From the IMG/VR virus record IMGVR_UViG_3300028591_000146, positions 1 to 64,000 of that record: 64,000 nucleotides of DNA; one strand, written 5' to 3'. The position numbers and the translations under genes were made by a program. The notes beneath the pieces were generated by a model. That model did not search any database and was not told the origin of the DNA. It saw nothing but the letters and a program-made list of their open reading frames with translations. The stretch's first letter is position 1. Every line of letters begins with the position of its first letter. The stretch comes from a virus (lineage: Duplodnaviria > Caudoviricetes). Positions 19,945 through 29,986 of the stretch are shown one piece after another.

Positions 19945-20562
19945 ATGATTAGATCTTTACAGACCAAGATCTGGTATGCGGATGATATCATCCCATACGA
20001 TCAGCTGATTACCACTTCATATCCGGTTCAGGTAATTCAGGGAGATCAGCTGATAGGTTTGAAAATCAGTCTCGCTGACCATGTCAGAATGCCAGCGGCA
20101 GAAAGAATCGTACGTCTCGAACAGATTCTTCCTAACATTCTTGCAGGTACAAGATGCATGTTAAGAGAGACACCAATCACAGCCCCATTCGGCTATTATC
20201 TGTTAACCATGCCGGTTCCTAAGGATCAGCTCCGTGGAATAATAAACGAGGTTATCAGAGTTTTGACAATACTTGAACGTGACTTCGGAATTACAGTCAC
20301 AAAAGAGTATGAGATCAATGTATCGGGACAGTGTTCACCGATGGAGACTGAGTACAAACTTGCAAGATTCGATGTTCCATCAGAATATATCGGAATGCTT
20401 GTACACCAGCCTGGATCTCCGTATTCAATCGGATATGTTGAACGTATCAATGAAGGATATATCACAGTGAGAACGCTTTGGTCATATCCTGTTAATACTA
20501 ACATAATCTCAGATCTCGAGCATATCAAGATGCTTGCATACTTGATTGCTGGAATATTTTAA
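19945..20562 (+). CDS. Hypothetical protein
   Basis: 205 aa, SD AGGAGG. Confidence 0.8.
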   Translation: MIRSLQTKIWYADDIIPYDQLITTSYPVQVIQGDQLIGLKISLADHVRMPAAERIVRLEQILPNILAGTRCMLRETPITAPFGYYLLTMPVPKDQLRGIINEVIRVLTILERDFGITVTKEYEINVSGQCSPMETEYKLARFDVPSEYIGMLVHQPGSPYSIGYVERINEGYITVRTLWSYPVNTNIISDLEHIKMLAYLIAGIF

Positions 20563-20576
20563 AGGAGGATTTTAAA

Positions 20577-21272
20577 ATGAGTAACGAATTTCCAAATCCT
20601 GATGCTCCTGAATTAGGTAAACAGCAGTTTATCAAATATCAGTATCAGGAAACACCAATGGCAACACAGGGATACTACTATGGTGGTGGAGCTGTAGATC
20701 CATTCGCACAGATGCAGTATCAGCAGTATCAGCCTCAGGCTGTAGAGAGTAGAAGATTCATGGGTCCTGACATATCACAGATGCAGCAGAGTCAGCAGCA
20801 GTTCTTCCCTCAGCAGCCTGTTAACACACAGATACTCAACAGATTTATCGAACAGGATAGACAGGTTCCTCAGTATCAGCAGCCTGCAGTTCCTATGAAT
20901 CAGCAGTATCCACAGCCATCTCCGGTAAGTCCTTGGGCACAGCTTACAGCTCCTGTCGGTCCTATGAACAACAACAATGCTTTCATGCAGCCATTCTATG
21001 ATGAAGCATATCTCTCAAGACCATATGGAAATTATGCAGATGCATCTCAGGGTCTGATTGTTCCACCTATCAACAAGAAGGAAATGTGGGATCCAGCATA
21101 TGCAACTCCTGTTGTATATGATAGCCCTCAGATTAACTGGAGCAATCCTAACCCACAGCAGGCTTACTGTTATACAACACCACAACCTCAGCAGTATGTA
21201 TCACCTTTCAAAGGTGCTTCACAGGAACAGCCTGGTTCATGGTATGCTCGTGCACAGGAGAACTGGAAGTAA
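20577..21272 (+). CDS. Low-complexity Q/P/Y-rich (prion-like) protein
   Basis: 231 aa, SD AAGGAGG; QMQYQQYQPQ, QQSQQQFFPQQP. Confidence 0.8.
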   Translation: MSNEFPNPDAPELGKQQFIKYQYQETPMATQGYYYGGGAVDPFAQMQYQQYQPQAVESRRFMGPDISQMQQSQQQFFPQQPVNTQILNRFIEQDRQVPQYQQPAVPMNQQYPQPSPVSPWAQLTAPVGPMNNNNAFMQPFYDEAYLSRPYGNYADASQGLIVPPINKKEMWDPAYATPVVYDSPQINWSNPNPQQAYCYTTPQPQQYVSPFKGASQEQPGSWYARAQENWK

Positions 21273-21281
21273 TGATTGATG

Positions 21282-21305
21282 TATGCGGGGATATATCCCC
21301 GCATA
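21282..21305. terminator. Palindromic stem-loop
   Basis: TATGCGGGG-ATATAT-CCCCGCATA. Confidence 0.6.
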
Positions 21306-21333
21306 TCATTTTATGTTAAGGAGACATGTATTC

Positions 21334-22116
21334 ATGCTTTATACATATAGATCAAGACTGAACCAACTACCACTTGATTTGAAGTGTGAATTAGGTGAAC
21401 TTGTATATCAAAAAGGAATGCTACCAGAATCTAGAAAGAGTAAAGCTGTTGAATTATTCACAAAGTATAAAGTAGAGTTCATAGAAGTAGGAACTGGTAC
21501 TAATCGGTTCATTGTTAAATATGACGATTATGCTTTGAAGATTGCTCTTGATAATGATGGTGTGGCAGACAATAAACAAGAATATGCAATGTGTGATATT
21601 CTCAAACATGGAATGTCATATTCACACGAGATATCTAAAGGTGGAAATCTATTAACAGCTGAGTATTGCCCAGCGATGACTTCATATCAGGAATTATATA
21701 ATCATCGAGATGAGATAAAAGCGATTCTTGCAGATTGGAGTTCTAGATGTATCCTTGGTGACGTAGGTATCAGTCGAATAAATTATGCGAATTGGGGATT
21801 ACGTAATGGAGTGGAGCCCGTGTGTATAGATTATGCGTACGTATTTCCATCAACTACGAAGATATTCAAATGTATTTGCGGTGCATCCGATATTGCTCAT
21901 ACAGATGAAACCTATACAGTGTATAAATGTTTGTCTTGTGGAAGAATAATCGAAGATTCAACACTCAGACAGAGAATAACTCCAGAAGCAAGAATGAGAA
22001 TGCTTGCGAACGCAACTCTCGGTTCTATCGAGATGACAGAAAAGACTAAGACTGTTGAGATTCCTGATATGTATATCAAGAAACCAGTTCTTAGTGATGA
22101 CCCAGACTTTGTTTAA
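21334..22116 (+). CDS. Protein-kinase-like protein with C-terminal Zn ribbon
   Basis: Gly loop GTGTNR, ALKIA (Lys), helix C Glu in NKQE, catalytic D...N in GDVGISRINYANWG, IDY; CIC...CLSC; SD AAGGAG before ATG 21334. Confidence 0.7.
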   Translation: MLYTYRSRLNQLPLDLKCELGELVYQKGMLPESRKSKAVELFTKYKVEFIEVGTGTNRFIVKYDDYALKIALDNDGVADNKQEYAMCDILKHGMSYSHEISKGGNLLTAEYCPAMTSYQELYNHRDEIKAILADWSSRCILGDVGISRINYANWGLRNGVEPVCIDYAYVFPSTTKIFKCICGASDIAHTDETYTVYKCLSCGRIIEDSTLRQRITPEARMRMLANATLGSIEMTEKTKTVEIPDMYIKKPVLSDDPDFV

Positions 22117-22136
22117 TATTTAAGGAGGTACTTGTT

Positions 22137-22565
22137 ATGTACTATAAGAAGATCATTCGTCGTTGTGCTCCAGAAACAAATGAAGCACCTGTAACACCCC
22201 AGCCACAGGTAGTTACCGTTGAACCAACATATTCATTGACTGAAGAACAGGGTAAGAGATTACTCAACTTCTTTGAGTATCTAAAGACGGAATGCTTCAC
22301 TGATATTCCTTATAATAAGGATATTGATATACATTTCCTGAGAATGATTCCTAAGGGAGTATATAATCATTTCGAAAGTGTCGAAGCTAAGAATGGTCCG
22401 TTAACTGCAAATCCGATCACACTTCTGTATGGATTCTGTCTGAATGATATCAACATGTATCCGAACTTCCTTGAGAGATATCTTGAGATAAATCTGGAAG
22501 AACATGCAGATTTCACAGACTGGATTACAAACAATATCTCGTATGTTGAAAAGGATGATGAATAA
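22137..22565 (+). CDS. Hypothetical protein
   Basis: 142 aa, SD AAGGAGG. Confidence 0.8.
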   Translation: MYYKKIIRRCAPETNEAPVTPQPQVVTVEPTYSLTEEQGKRLLNFFEYLKTECFTDIPYNKDIDIHFLRMIPKGVYNHFESVEAKNGPLTANPITLLYGFCLNDINMYPNFLERYLEINLEEHADFTDWITNNISYVEKDDE

Positions 22566-23483
22566 ATGTTATTGATGTCGCTGAGATGTTATATCAATTG
22601 CATGGTACCGACAACCGAGAAAGATGTATTGTTAAAATCTCAGTATTATATTCTTGACGTATCGAAAGGAAGTTCATATGATACAAGTGATAGTATCAGT
22701 TGGACTGACTATGGGGATATCGTAAAGAATGCACCGCCACAAAATAACAACTATAGAATCTCATATGTGAATGTAATGAATCCAGCACCGCATACTGGAA
22801 ATGAACAGTATATCAGAACTCCTGGTGGACCATCGCTTATAAACAAACAGGCTGGTTATCTCAAGCATCTCATGAACTCTGACACTATGATCAAAGTGTA
22901 TAATGAGTTATTTAATACGAATGAGACGATTGATTATCCGGTAATATTGCTGATGTTCTCTGAGCATTATATTGTTGAATATGGACACATCATTGCTAAT
23001 TATCTATCGAATGTATTCGGTGAAGATGTTACGTTCTTGGATCCGACACTGAGACCAAATGTTCCTGGTAATAGGAACGGATTCTATCCAGGCAACAAAG
23101 AAATGGGAAACAAGAACCGATTGATGTGTAGAAATAAAAAGCTCATGAATGATATGCGTTTCATGCTGGATTCTACATCACGTGAAAGCACTGAATCGAA
23201 TATAATTAACCAGCTCACATGTTATACAGTACCTGATATGATCAATCTGTATAATACAATATATCCTGATAAACCATTACATGCGGGATATTATACTAAG
23301 CAAGACATGATCGATATCATAATTGGTAGTATCACGAGAGATATGCACTTCTCTACATCTACAGATGAAGAATATCGAAATGAAGTCGCTGAGTATGAGC
23401 AAGAGCTTACTGACTGGGAGCAGTTACAAGAAGATTTCAGAACTGAAATGCTCAATGAAGCAGTTAATTATGCAGGGCTGTAA
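22566..23483 (+). CDS. Hypothetical protein
   Basis: 305 aa, abuts upstream stop. Confidence 0.75.
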   Translation: MLLMSLRCYINCMVPTTEKDVLLKSQYYILDVSKGSSYDTSDSISWTDYGDIVKNAPPQNNNYRISYVNVMNPAPHTGNEQYIRTPGGPSLINKQAGYLKHLMNSDTMIKVYNELFNTNETIDYPVILLMFSEHYIVEYGHIIANYLSNVFGEDVTFLDPTLRPNVPGNRNGFYPGNKEMGNKNRLMCRNKKLMNDMRFMLDSTSRESTESNIINQLTCYTVPDMINLYNTIYPDKPLHAGYYTKQDMIDIIIGSITRDMHFSTSTDEEYRNEVAEYEQELTDWEQLQEDFRTEMLNEAVNYAGL

Positions 23484-23505
23484 AGCCCTGCTAATCTTCT
23501 TTTTT
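23472..23505 (+). terminator. Intrinsic terminator
   Basis: GCAGGGC-TGTAAA-GCCCTGC then T-rich tail. Confidence 0.65.
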
Positions 23506-23544
23506 GTTCACGATTTGATAATCTTATAGAAAGGATTGACCCTT

Positions 23545-26439
23545 ATGGATATAAATAAAGCTGTGAACCCAATGTCTGAATATTTATTGAAATTACAGAT
23601 GATTGTATCAAATACAGAATTCAAGAATAAAGCAGAAGCTAAACTTTATGAGACTCCTGAATCTAAACTCAGAGGTGAAGCTTATGTAAATGCTGTAAAC
23701 CGCACCGACTCATTTACTTCATATACATATCCTCGTTCATTAATGATTTCTGTAATGACAAATCTCAAATATTCAGAAGATAAAATCAAACGTTATCTTG
23801 ATGCTCCAGTTCTCATGCCTCAGTTATGCAAGGACACATTACAAGCAATAGCGCGTAAGAATTACATCGATACGTATAAAGAATCAAATAGGTATTATTT
23901 GGAACTTACTGGACAACCTGCTGAGGGTGATGATATCGTACTCGTACCGGATGAGTTCTATGACATCTATGCAGGTGATAACTCATTACAACGCAACATG
24001 CCACTTCATGAAATGCCTTATAAGTATCAAGAGTTGTTCATTAACTCTGATTACTATAAGGAGACCTTGGCAAAGTATCCTAATGTCACATACATTAGAT
24101 ACCTTGGAAGTTATTCAATACCGTTGGAGATTTCTCGTCCTGCAAAGGATGGAGCAATCATGAAAATCAATACTGGAAAACTCTCAACATACCACAAGAC
24201 ATTCGGTAATGTTACAGTTGAATCCGATTTGATTCATGTATTTGTTAATACATATAATCAGACTCGTGATTATGTATACAACACGCTTAGAGGTAACTTC
24301 TCATCTATTTATGAGAACTATGATTCATTTATCAGATTCCTCACAATATATCTTTCAATAGGTAATACTCTGAATGAGTTATCTAGAAAAGCATCATCCA
24401 TGATGTACATGAATAACGTTGCTGCTAACAACTATTTCGAATTGTACGGATTACCATCATCATTGATGGAAGGAACAAACATTATCAAGTTTCTCAAAAA
24501 GTTCCGTCTGATACTTATGGACAAAGGAACCAATACAGTGTATAGAGTGAAAGATCTCATCGGTTATGAGAGTACGGATATCTATTCATTGATAATGGTT
24601 AAACAACAGAAGTTTGAAGATGGAGTTCCTGTATACAAGGATGGAAAACCGGTAACCAGAATTGTATTCCGTCGTTCAGGTGTTGCTGATGAGAATACTT
24701 CATACTTCAAATTCCGTGAAGAACATAAAGAATATTCTATTGAAGAAATCACATCTGGAGATCCTCGTTGGTGGAATGGTAAAGATGTTGAACAGATGAT
24801 CAATGAAATGAATTATACTTTATCAAATTCAAAGTATATCCAGTTATCAACTCACATGTCAGCTGAAGATATATTCTGGCAGGTATCTATATTACTTAGA
24901 GGATTACTCGACAGAAAACAAGAAACTGCATATACCAAGATCAGTATCAATTATAATGTAGATGGGTCATCCAGTATCAGTGTATTCGATGCTGTAAATG
25001 TATTGATCATTCTGATGGATTGGATGTTGATTGATGTTCAAGGACGTTCAATCAAGGGTGAACTTTATGTACCTAATGGAAACTATCTTGGTCAACCTGC
25101 TTGCATTGATATGTTATTCAATGGATTGAATGATGATGGTTCTCCTAAGGAACTCAAACCAGGACTTCCATTCAAGATAACTTCATTCAATTTCGATATT
25201 AAATCTGATTACATTTTCTATGCTAAGATGGATAAGATGGAATACATCGAACCCACTAAGTTCAAACCAATGTTGGAAAAGGTTATTCAGATGCAAAACA
25301 ACAATGTTGGTGAAGTATTAATGACTGATGCAAAGAACATCTGGACATATCTCAGAGATAAGCTTCTCAATGCAACAACCATTCGTGAGTACAGACAAGT
25401 CACTGATGTATATTCGCATGTATTCTTAGTTGATCCTATGAGACGTTGGTATACTGATGATGACTATGATCCGGATGATATAATTTGTAAAGAATTCCAA
25501 TTAGGTCAATCTGAATACATGGGATTCAAAAACTTCTTCAAACCAAACGTTGCTGATTTCTATGTGTACTTCGAAGAACTCTCATATCCAATATCGCTTT
25601 ACAATGTTCTGAATAAAGATGTTACTAAACTTAAGATACAAGATACATATCCATTTACAAATGATGACTTCTTGGATAAATTCTATAGAACTTTAGAAGA
25701 TATCGATTTACAAGATGTCAGAACATCAGATATACTTTCAACTACAATCCGTCTTAAGTATAAAGAGATTATCTCATCTAAAGTTATACTTGATACTGGT
25801 AATAGCGACTATGGTCCAACAACATTCGAAGCATTACTCTTCAGATCAAATCCTGTACTGTATGGAAGATTGCTTGAAACCAAGAAAGACAGTAATGCGA
25901 TGGCAATGTTAATTCGTTCTATAATTAAAGGACTTGAATCATATACGAACAGTTCACTTGGTGGATTACAGTTCAAGACTCTTGGAGAAGAATATTTCAA
26001 AACTCTGAAAGAAGTCATTGGTTATTTCAAATCATATATGGTTGAATTCACCAAGGACGAATTCGTGTATATCTTTGGTGGTATATTTGATAACGGTGGA
26101 AACTCTGATATGCTGAAACTTTTCGATGAAGTTGTTCATGCTCGTGTTAAAATGACTCCAAAAGACTCATTAGCATTGTTTGATGTATCCAAATGGAGAA
26201 CTAAACTCAAAATGGCTGATAACAATGTTGACATGATGCATGATGAAGCATTGTTCAGACTCAGAGGTACATATGCTAAGATCAAAACTGTCGGCTATGA
26301 GATATGGTATGATGATGGTACATGGATAACAACAACTCCGTTACGTGAACTGACGAATGATTCTATCATCGTAGCTAACGTAGTACCTGCTGGAAACACA
26401 TATAGAATCATAATCAATAAAGAAAATATAATTTCGTGA
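23545..26439 (+). CDS. Large virion protein, putative baseplate wedge subunit
   Basis: About 964 aa; YKESNRYYLELTGQP and KGTN motifs resemble jumbo-phage baseplate proteins as I recall them; late-type promoter at 23509. Confidence 0.45.
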   Translation: MDINKAVNPMSEYLLKLQMIVSNTEFKNKAEAKLYETPESKLRGEAYVNAVNRTDSFTSYTYPRSLMISVMTNLKYSEDKIKRYLDAPVLMPQLCKDTLQAIARKNYIDTYKESNRYYLELTGQPAEGDDIVLVPDEFYDIYAGDNSLQRNMPLHEMPYKYQELFINSDYYKETLAKYPNVTYIRYLGSYSIPLEISRPAKDGAIMKINTGKLSTYHKTFGNVTVESDLIHVFVNTYNQTRDYVYNTLRGNFSSIYENYDSFIRFLTIYLSIGNTLNELSRKASSMMYMNNVAANNYFELYGLPSSLMEGTNIIKFLKKFRLILMDKGTNTVYRVKDLIGYESTDIYSLIMVKQQKFEDGVPVYKDGKPVTRIVFRRSGVADENTSYFKFREEHKEYSIEEITSGDPRWWNGKDVEQMINEMNYTLSNSKYIQLSTHMSAEDIFWQVSILLRGLLDRKQETAYTKISINYNVDGSSSISVFDAVNVLIILMDWMLIDVQGRSIKGELYVPNGNYLGQPACIDMLFNGLNDDGSPKELKPGLPFKITSFNFDIKSDYIFYAKMDKMEYIEPTKFKPMLEKVIQMQNNNVGEVLMTDAKNIWTYLRDKLLNATTIREYRQVTDVYSHVFLVDPMRRWYTDDDYDPDDIICKEFQLGQSEYMGFKNFFKPNVADFYVYFEELSYPISLYNVLNKDVTKLKIQDTYPFTNDDFLDKFYRTLEDIDLQDVRTSDILSTTIRLKYKEIISSKVILDTGNSDYGPTTFEALLFRSNPVLYGRLLETKKDSNAMAMLIRSIIKGLESYTNSSLGGLQFKTLGEEYFKTLKEVIGYFKSYMVEFTKDEFVYIFGGIFDNGGNSDMLKLFDEVVHARVKMTPKDSLALFDVSKWRTKLKMADNNVDMMHDEALFRLRGTYAKIKTVGYEIWYDDGTWITTTPLRELTNDSIIVANVVPAGNTYRIIINKENIIS

Positions 26440-26533
26440 TTACGGTACAACGTAATAATGAAGGTTGAATCATAAGATTCGTGATATGGTTCGGAAACAT
26501 ATCATCCTTCGTCTTCCTCTTTCTGATAAATTA

Positions 26534-26556
26534 TTGGCGGGCGAAATGCCCGCCAA
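26534..26556 (+). terminator. Stem-loop terminator
   Basis: TTGGCGGGC-GAAAT-GCCCGCCAA. Confidence 0.7.
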
Positions 26557-26587
26557 CTAATTTGTTTCTTTGATATTATTGGAACCG

Positions 26588-26608
26588 ATATTTATATGAT
26601 TTAAATGT
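26588..26608 (+). promoter_or_regulatory. Early-type promoter
   Basis: ATATTTATATGATTTAAATGT identical to 7936..7956. Confidence 0.6.
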
Positions 26609-26627
26609 ATTCTATAAGGAGGCTATT

Positions 26628-29138
26628 ATGAAAATCAAAAGTATTAGATTAATTAATTTCAGTAGTATTTATGCTTGTAGGAATCTTAAAGAAGTCTACT
26701 ATGAATTTGATAATACTGATAAGACGATCAATCAGATCTGTGGACCTAATAGAAGTGGTAAGACTGTTCTTATTCAACAACTGCATCCATTCTCGTCAAT
26801 AAATCTCAGTGGCGATGAACGTTCTGATTTACAATTGATAATTCCTGGTGAGACTGGTGTCAAAGAAATAACATATGAAGTTGGTGGTAAAGAATATCAT
26901 ATCAATCATACATATAAACCCAGTGGCAAATCTCATTCAGTTATATCATCCATTGTATGTGATGGTAAAGAACTCAATAGCAGTGGTGGAGTTAATACGT
27001 TCAATTCAGTAATTGAGAAAGTGTTTGGATTGAATAGATATGCATTCCAGTTTACTATTAATGGAACTCAATTGAATTCTCTCAGTACAATGAATGCTAC
27101 TCAACGAAAGACATTACTTAATAAAGCTCTCGGTGTTGATATTTATGATAAGATTCATAAACTGTCAACTGCAGACCATCGATATATCAGCAAGACCATT
27201 TCATCATTGAATAATACTAAAGAATTTATATTAAAGAAGTATGGTTCATATGAGAATCTTCAGATGATGTTAAGTGAGAAACAGAAAGAATACACAGCAT
27301 TGATTAACTCGATGAGTAGTGTTAAATCCAATATGGATAGATTATTTGGAATGATCACATCCATAAAGAATCAAGATCCATACAATGAATTACAGCGACT
27401 CAATATGATACTCGAAGATGTCAATGAAGTTAGTAAACGCATCGGTTCATATGATGATTCTACATATACCAGATTATCTGAAGAGAGTATAGAGTTGAAT
27501 AAAAAGCTTGAACAGTTGAAGACTAAGTATCATGATCTGCTTGTTGAGATGGATAAGTTTGATGAAAAGAAAGATGATATTGTAGCATCAATGGCTAAAG
27601 CTAAAAGGATGAAAGATGATTACGATGATATGAAACGAGTGAAAGAAAGACTCGAAGAACAGATAAAATCTATCAAGGTTAATAAGATCATATCATTAGC
27701 TCCAGACTTCTATAGAGCAGCTTTGAATCTCACTCAGACAATCAATTCCATGGCAAGTGAAATAGTGACAACTCTTAATGATGATCTATTGGATATGGTT
27801 GTCAGGATGGTTCTTGATAATGTTGACATTCCTGCATTCCTGATACGAGAAGGAGCTGTATTGAATGACGGTGAAAAAGAAAGAAATGCAATGAATCGTC
27901 TCAATGTGATATTGTCATCAGTACCTGGTGAGTATCCAAAATGTAATCATGAGAATTGTATATACAAGAACACATATGACAAATTCCAAGTATACTTCAA
28001 ATCATATCAATCTGCGACCAAAAGTAAATTGACTATTGATGATTTGGAGAATATTGATCATTGTTGGAAGAATATAACATCAATCAAAAGACTCATCAAT
28101 ACTGAGTATCCGGATGAATTGAAGAATACATTTAATATTGAAACCATTATGCTTAATATCAAATCAAGTAAATGGGGAGTAGACTTTGATTATGTGAAAT
28201 CATTATATGAAGCTGCTGTTGACAATGAGCAACGTCGTAAGTTAATTGAACAACTTCAGAATGTTGAGAATAATATAAAGATGATTGAATCTGTTATGAT
28301 AGATGATACAGACCCAACTCAAGCTATCAATGATATCAACAAACATCTTGATGAATTAAGTGATAAACGTGAAATGATGTTGAGAGAAAAGGTTAAACTT
28401 GAAGAAGCTATATTGGCTAATGATAAGAATCGAGCATTGATATCACATCTGAATGGAGTAAATGTTGGAGAGGTTCATGCTAAGATAGATAAGCTTACTG
28501 AGACTATTAAAACATTAGATCAACTTCAGCAAACTCATGATGAACATTATAGAACATATCATGATTATCTATCTCAACAATCAGAATTATCAATTCAACT
28601 TGATTCATTAAAGAAAGATGATTCACACTGTAAGATGACAATGAATGAACTGATGACCAATAAAGAACAGGATACTCAATGTCGTTTGATAGCAGATGCT
28701 ACATCATCAACAAAAGGTCTTCCAGTTGTAATGATTCACAATACATTGGATGAATCTGTAAAGATTGCAAATCATCTATTGGATGTTATTTATGATGGAT
28801 CTGTTAAACTTAATGATCCAGAAGTATCTGAGTCTACATTAAACATTCCATTCACACATGATCTTATTCAATCCAATGATATCAGATATGGATCTCAATC
28901 AGAAGCTACTATATTTGCATTGGTATTGTCATTAGCATTGTCTACCCAATTGACTAACTACAATATCATTCTGATAGATGAGATCGATGCATATCTTGAT
29001 CATGAGTTCAAAGATAAGTTCATATCAATGCTTGATGAAGTATCTAAACTTCTTCATATAGATCAACTATTCGTTATATCACATAACATCAATACCGATC
29101 AATATTCGAATATCATAAATAAGATATCATTAATCTAA
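26628..29138 (+). CDS. SbcC/Rad50-like (T4 gp46-like) ABC ATPase
   Basis: Walker A GPNRSGKT, long coiled coil with central CNHENC, signature-like GSQSE, Walker B IILIDEID, H-loop ISH. Confidence 0.85.
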   Translation: MKIKSIRLINFSSIYACRNLKEVYYEFDNTDKTINQICGPNRSGKTVLIQQLHPFSSINLSGDERSDLQLIIPGETGVKEITYEVGGKEYHINHTYKPSGKSHSVISSIVCDGKELNSSGGVNTFNSVIEKVFGLNRYAFQFTINGTQLNSLSTMNATQRKTLLNKALGVDIYDKIHKLSTADHRYISKTISSLNNTKEFILKKYGSYENLQMMLSEKQKEYTALINSMSSVKSNMDRLFGMITSIKNQDPYNELQRLNMILEDVNEVSKRIGSYDDSTYTRLSEESIELNKKLEQLKTKYHDLLVEMDKFDEKKDDIVASMAKAKRMKDDYDDMKRVKERLEEQIKSIKVNKIISLAPDFYRAALNLTQTINSMASEIVTTLNDDLLDMVVRMVLDNVDIPAFLIREGAVLNDGEKERNAMNRLNVILSSVPGEYPKCNHENCIYKNTYDKFQVYFKSYQSATKSKLTIDDLENIDHCWKNITSIKRLINTEYPDELKNTFNIETIMLNIKSSKWGVDFDYVKSLYEAAVDNEQRRKLIEQLQNVENNIKMIESVMIDDTDPTQAINDINKHLDELSDKREMMLREKVKLEEAILANDKNRALISHLNGVNVGEVHAKIDKLTETIKTLDQLQQTHDEHYRTYHDYLSQQSELSIQLDSLKKDDSHCKMTMNELMTNKEQDTQCRLIADATSSTKGLPVVMIHNTLDESVKIANHLLDVIYDGSVKLNDPEVSESTLNIPFTHDLIQSNDIRYGSQSEATIFALVLSLALSTQLTNYNIILIDEIDAYLDHEFKDKFISMLDEVSKLLHIDQLFVISHNINTDQYSNIINKISLI

Positions 29139-29152
29139 AATTCTAATATAGC

Positions 29153-29173
29153 ATATTTATATGATTAAAGTGT
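29153..29173 (+). promoter_or_regulatory. Early-type promoter for tubulin operon
   Basis: ATATTTATATGATTAAAGTGT. Confidence 0.55.
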
Positions 29174-29226
29174 AATAACGGTAGGGTACCGTTTATTATA
29201 AATACATTCAGAAAGAGGTAATCTAA

Positions 29227-29919
29227 ATGACTATCAACAAAACAATCCAGGAAATGCTTGCAGAGAAAGCAAAGGCTCGTGAGGTTGCAATGCAGCCATA
29301 TGAGAATAATGTGATTCTCATCAAGGAAATTCCCGAGATTGCCAAAGGAATCTTCGAAGAAGAGTTTGGTATCAAGGTTAGAATTCCTGCAGCATTCCCA
29401 CTCGCATTCATCCTTGGCTGGGAAGCAGTAACTAAGTTTGCACAGGAACAGCCAACACCTGAGTTCGCTATCACAGTTGCCGGTGTATCTCTCGAGTATA
29501 TCACGAACCTTTCCGAATCTGATAAAGCTCGTAACATCGTTCCACAGCTGGTACACAAAGAAGACCCAATCTTCAAGTCAAACAATCATCAGGATTCAAT
29601 CGGAATCAAGAGTAACTCTGATATGATTGAGGCTTATGAGAGATGGAGAACTGAGAATCTGACAGAGACTGTTAGCAAGATTGAGACTGATGTTTATAAG
29701 GCATTACTCGATGATTATGGCATTGATCTCTGTGTATCCAATGCAATTATCCCGATGATGGCTGCAACTTATACAGCCGGTCTGGCAATCGCTAGACGTA
29801 CAAAGCAGACTGTTAATATGTATAATATCTTCCAGATAGATATTGCTGATGGTGATATCGTTGTACTGACTCCTCTGGCAGATATCAAGTACAGAATCAA
29901 ATGTGACGACAAACACTAA
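29227..29919 (+). CDS. Hypothetical protein (weak resemblance to tandem HU/IHF-like fold)
   Basis: 230 aa, SD AGAGG; helix-helix-beta pattern appears twice; function call is weak. Confidence 0.6.
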   Translation: MTINKTIQEMLAEKAKAREVAMQPYENNVILIKEIPEIAKGIFEEEFGIKVRIPAAFPLAFILGWEAVTKFAQEQPTPEFAITVAGVSLEYITNLSESDKARNIVPQLVHKEDPIFKSNNHQDSIGIKSNSDMIEAYERWRTENLTETVSKIETDVYKALLDDYGIDLCVSNAIIPMMAATYTAGLAIARRTKQTVNMYNIFQIDIADGDIVVLTPLADIKYRIKCDDKH

Positions 29920-29931
29920 ACATTATGAATA

Positions 29932-29952
29932 GGGAGTCTCATAGAGACTCCC
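29932..29952. terminator. Stem-loop
   Basis: GGGAGTCTC-ATA-GAGACTCCC. Confidence 0.55.
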
Positions 29953-29986
29953 GATATAAATTATATTACGAAAGGACTTAATTAAA

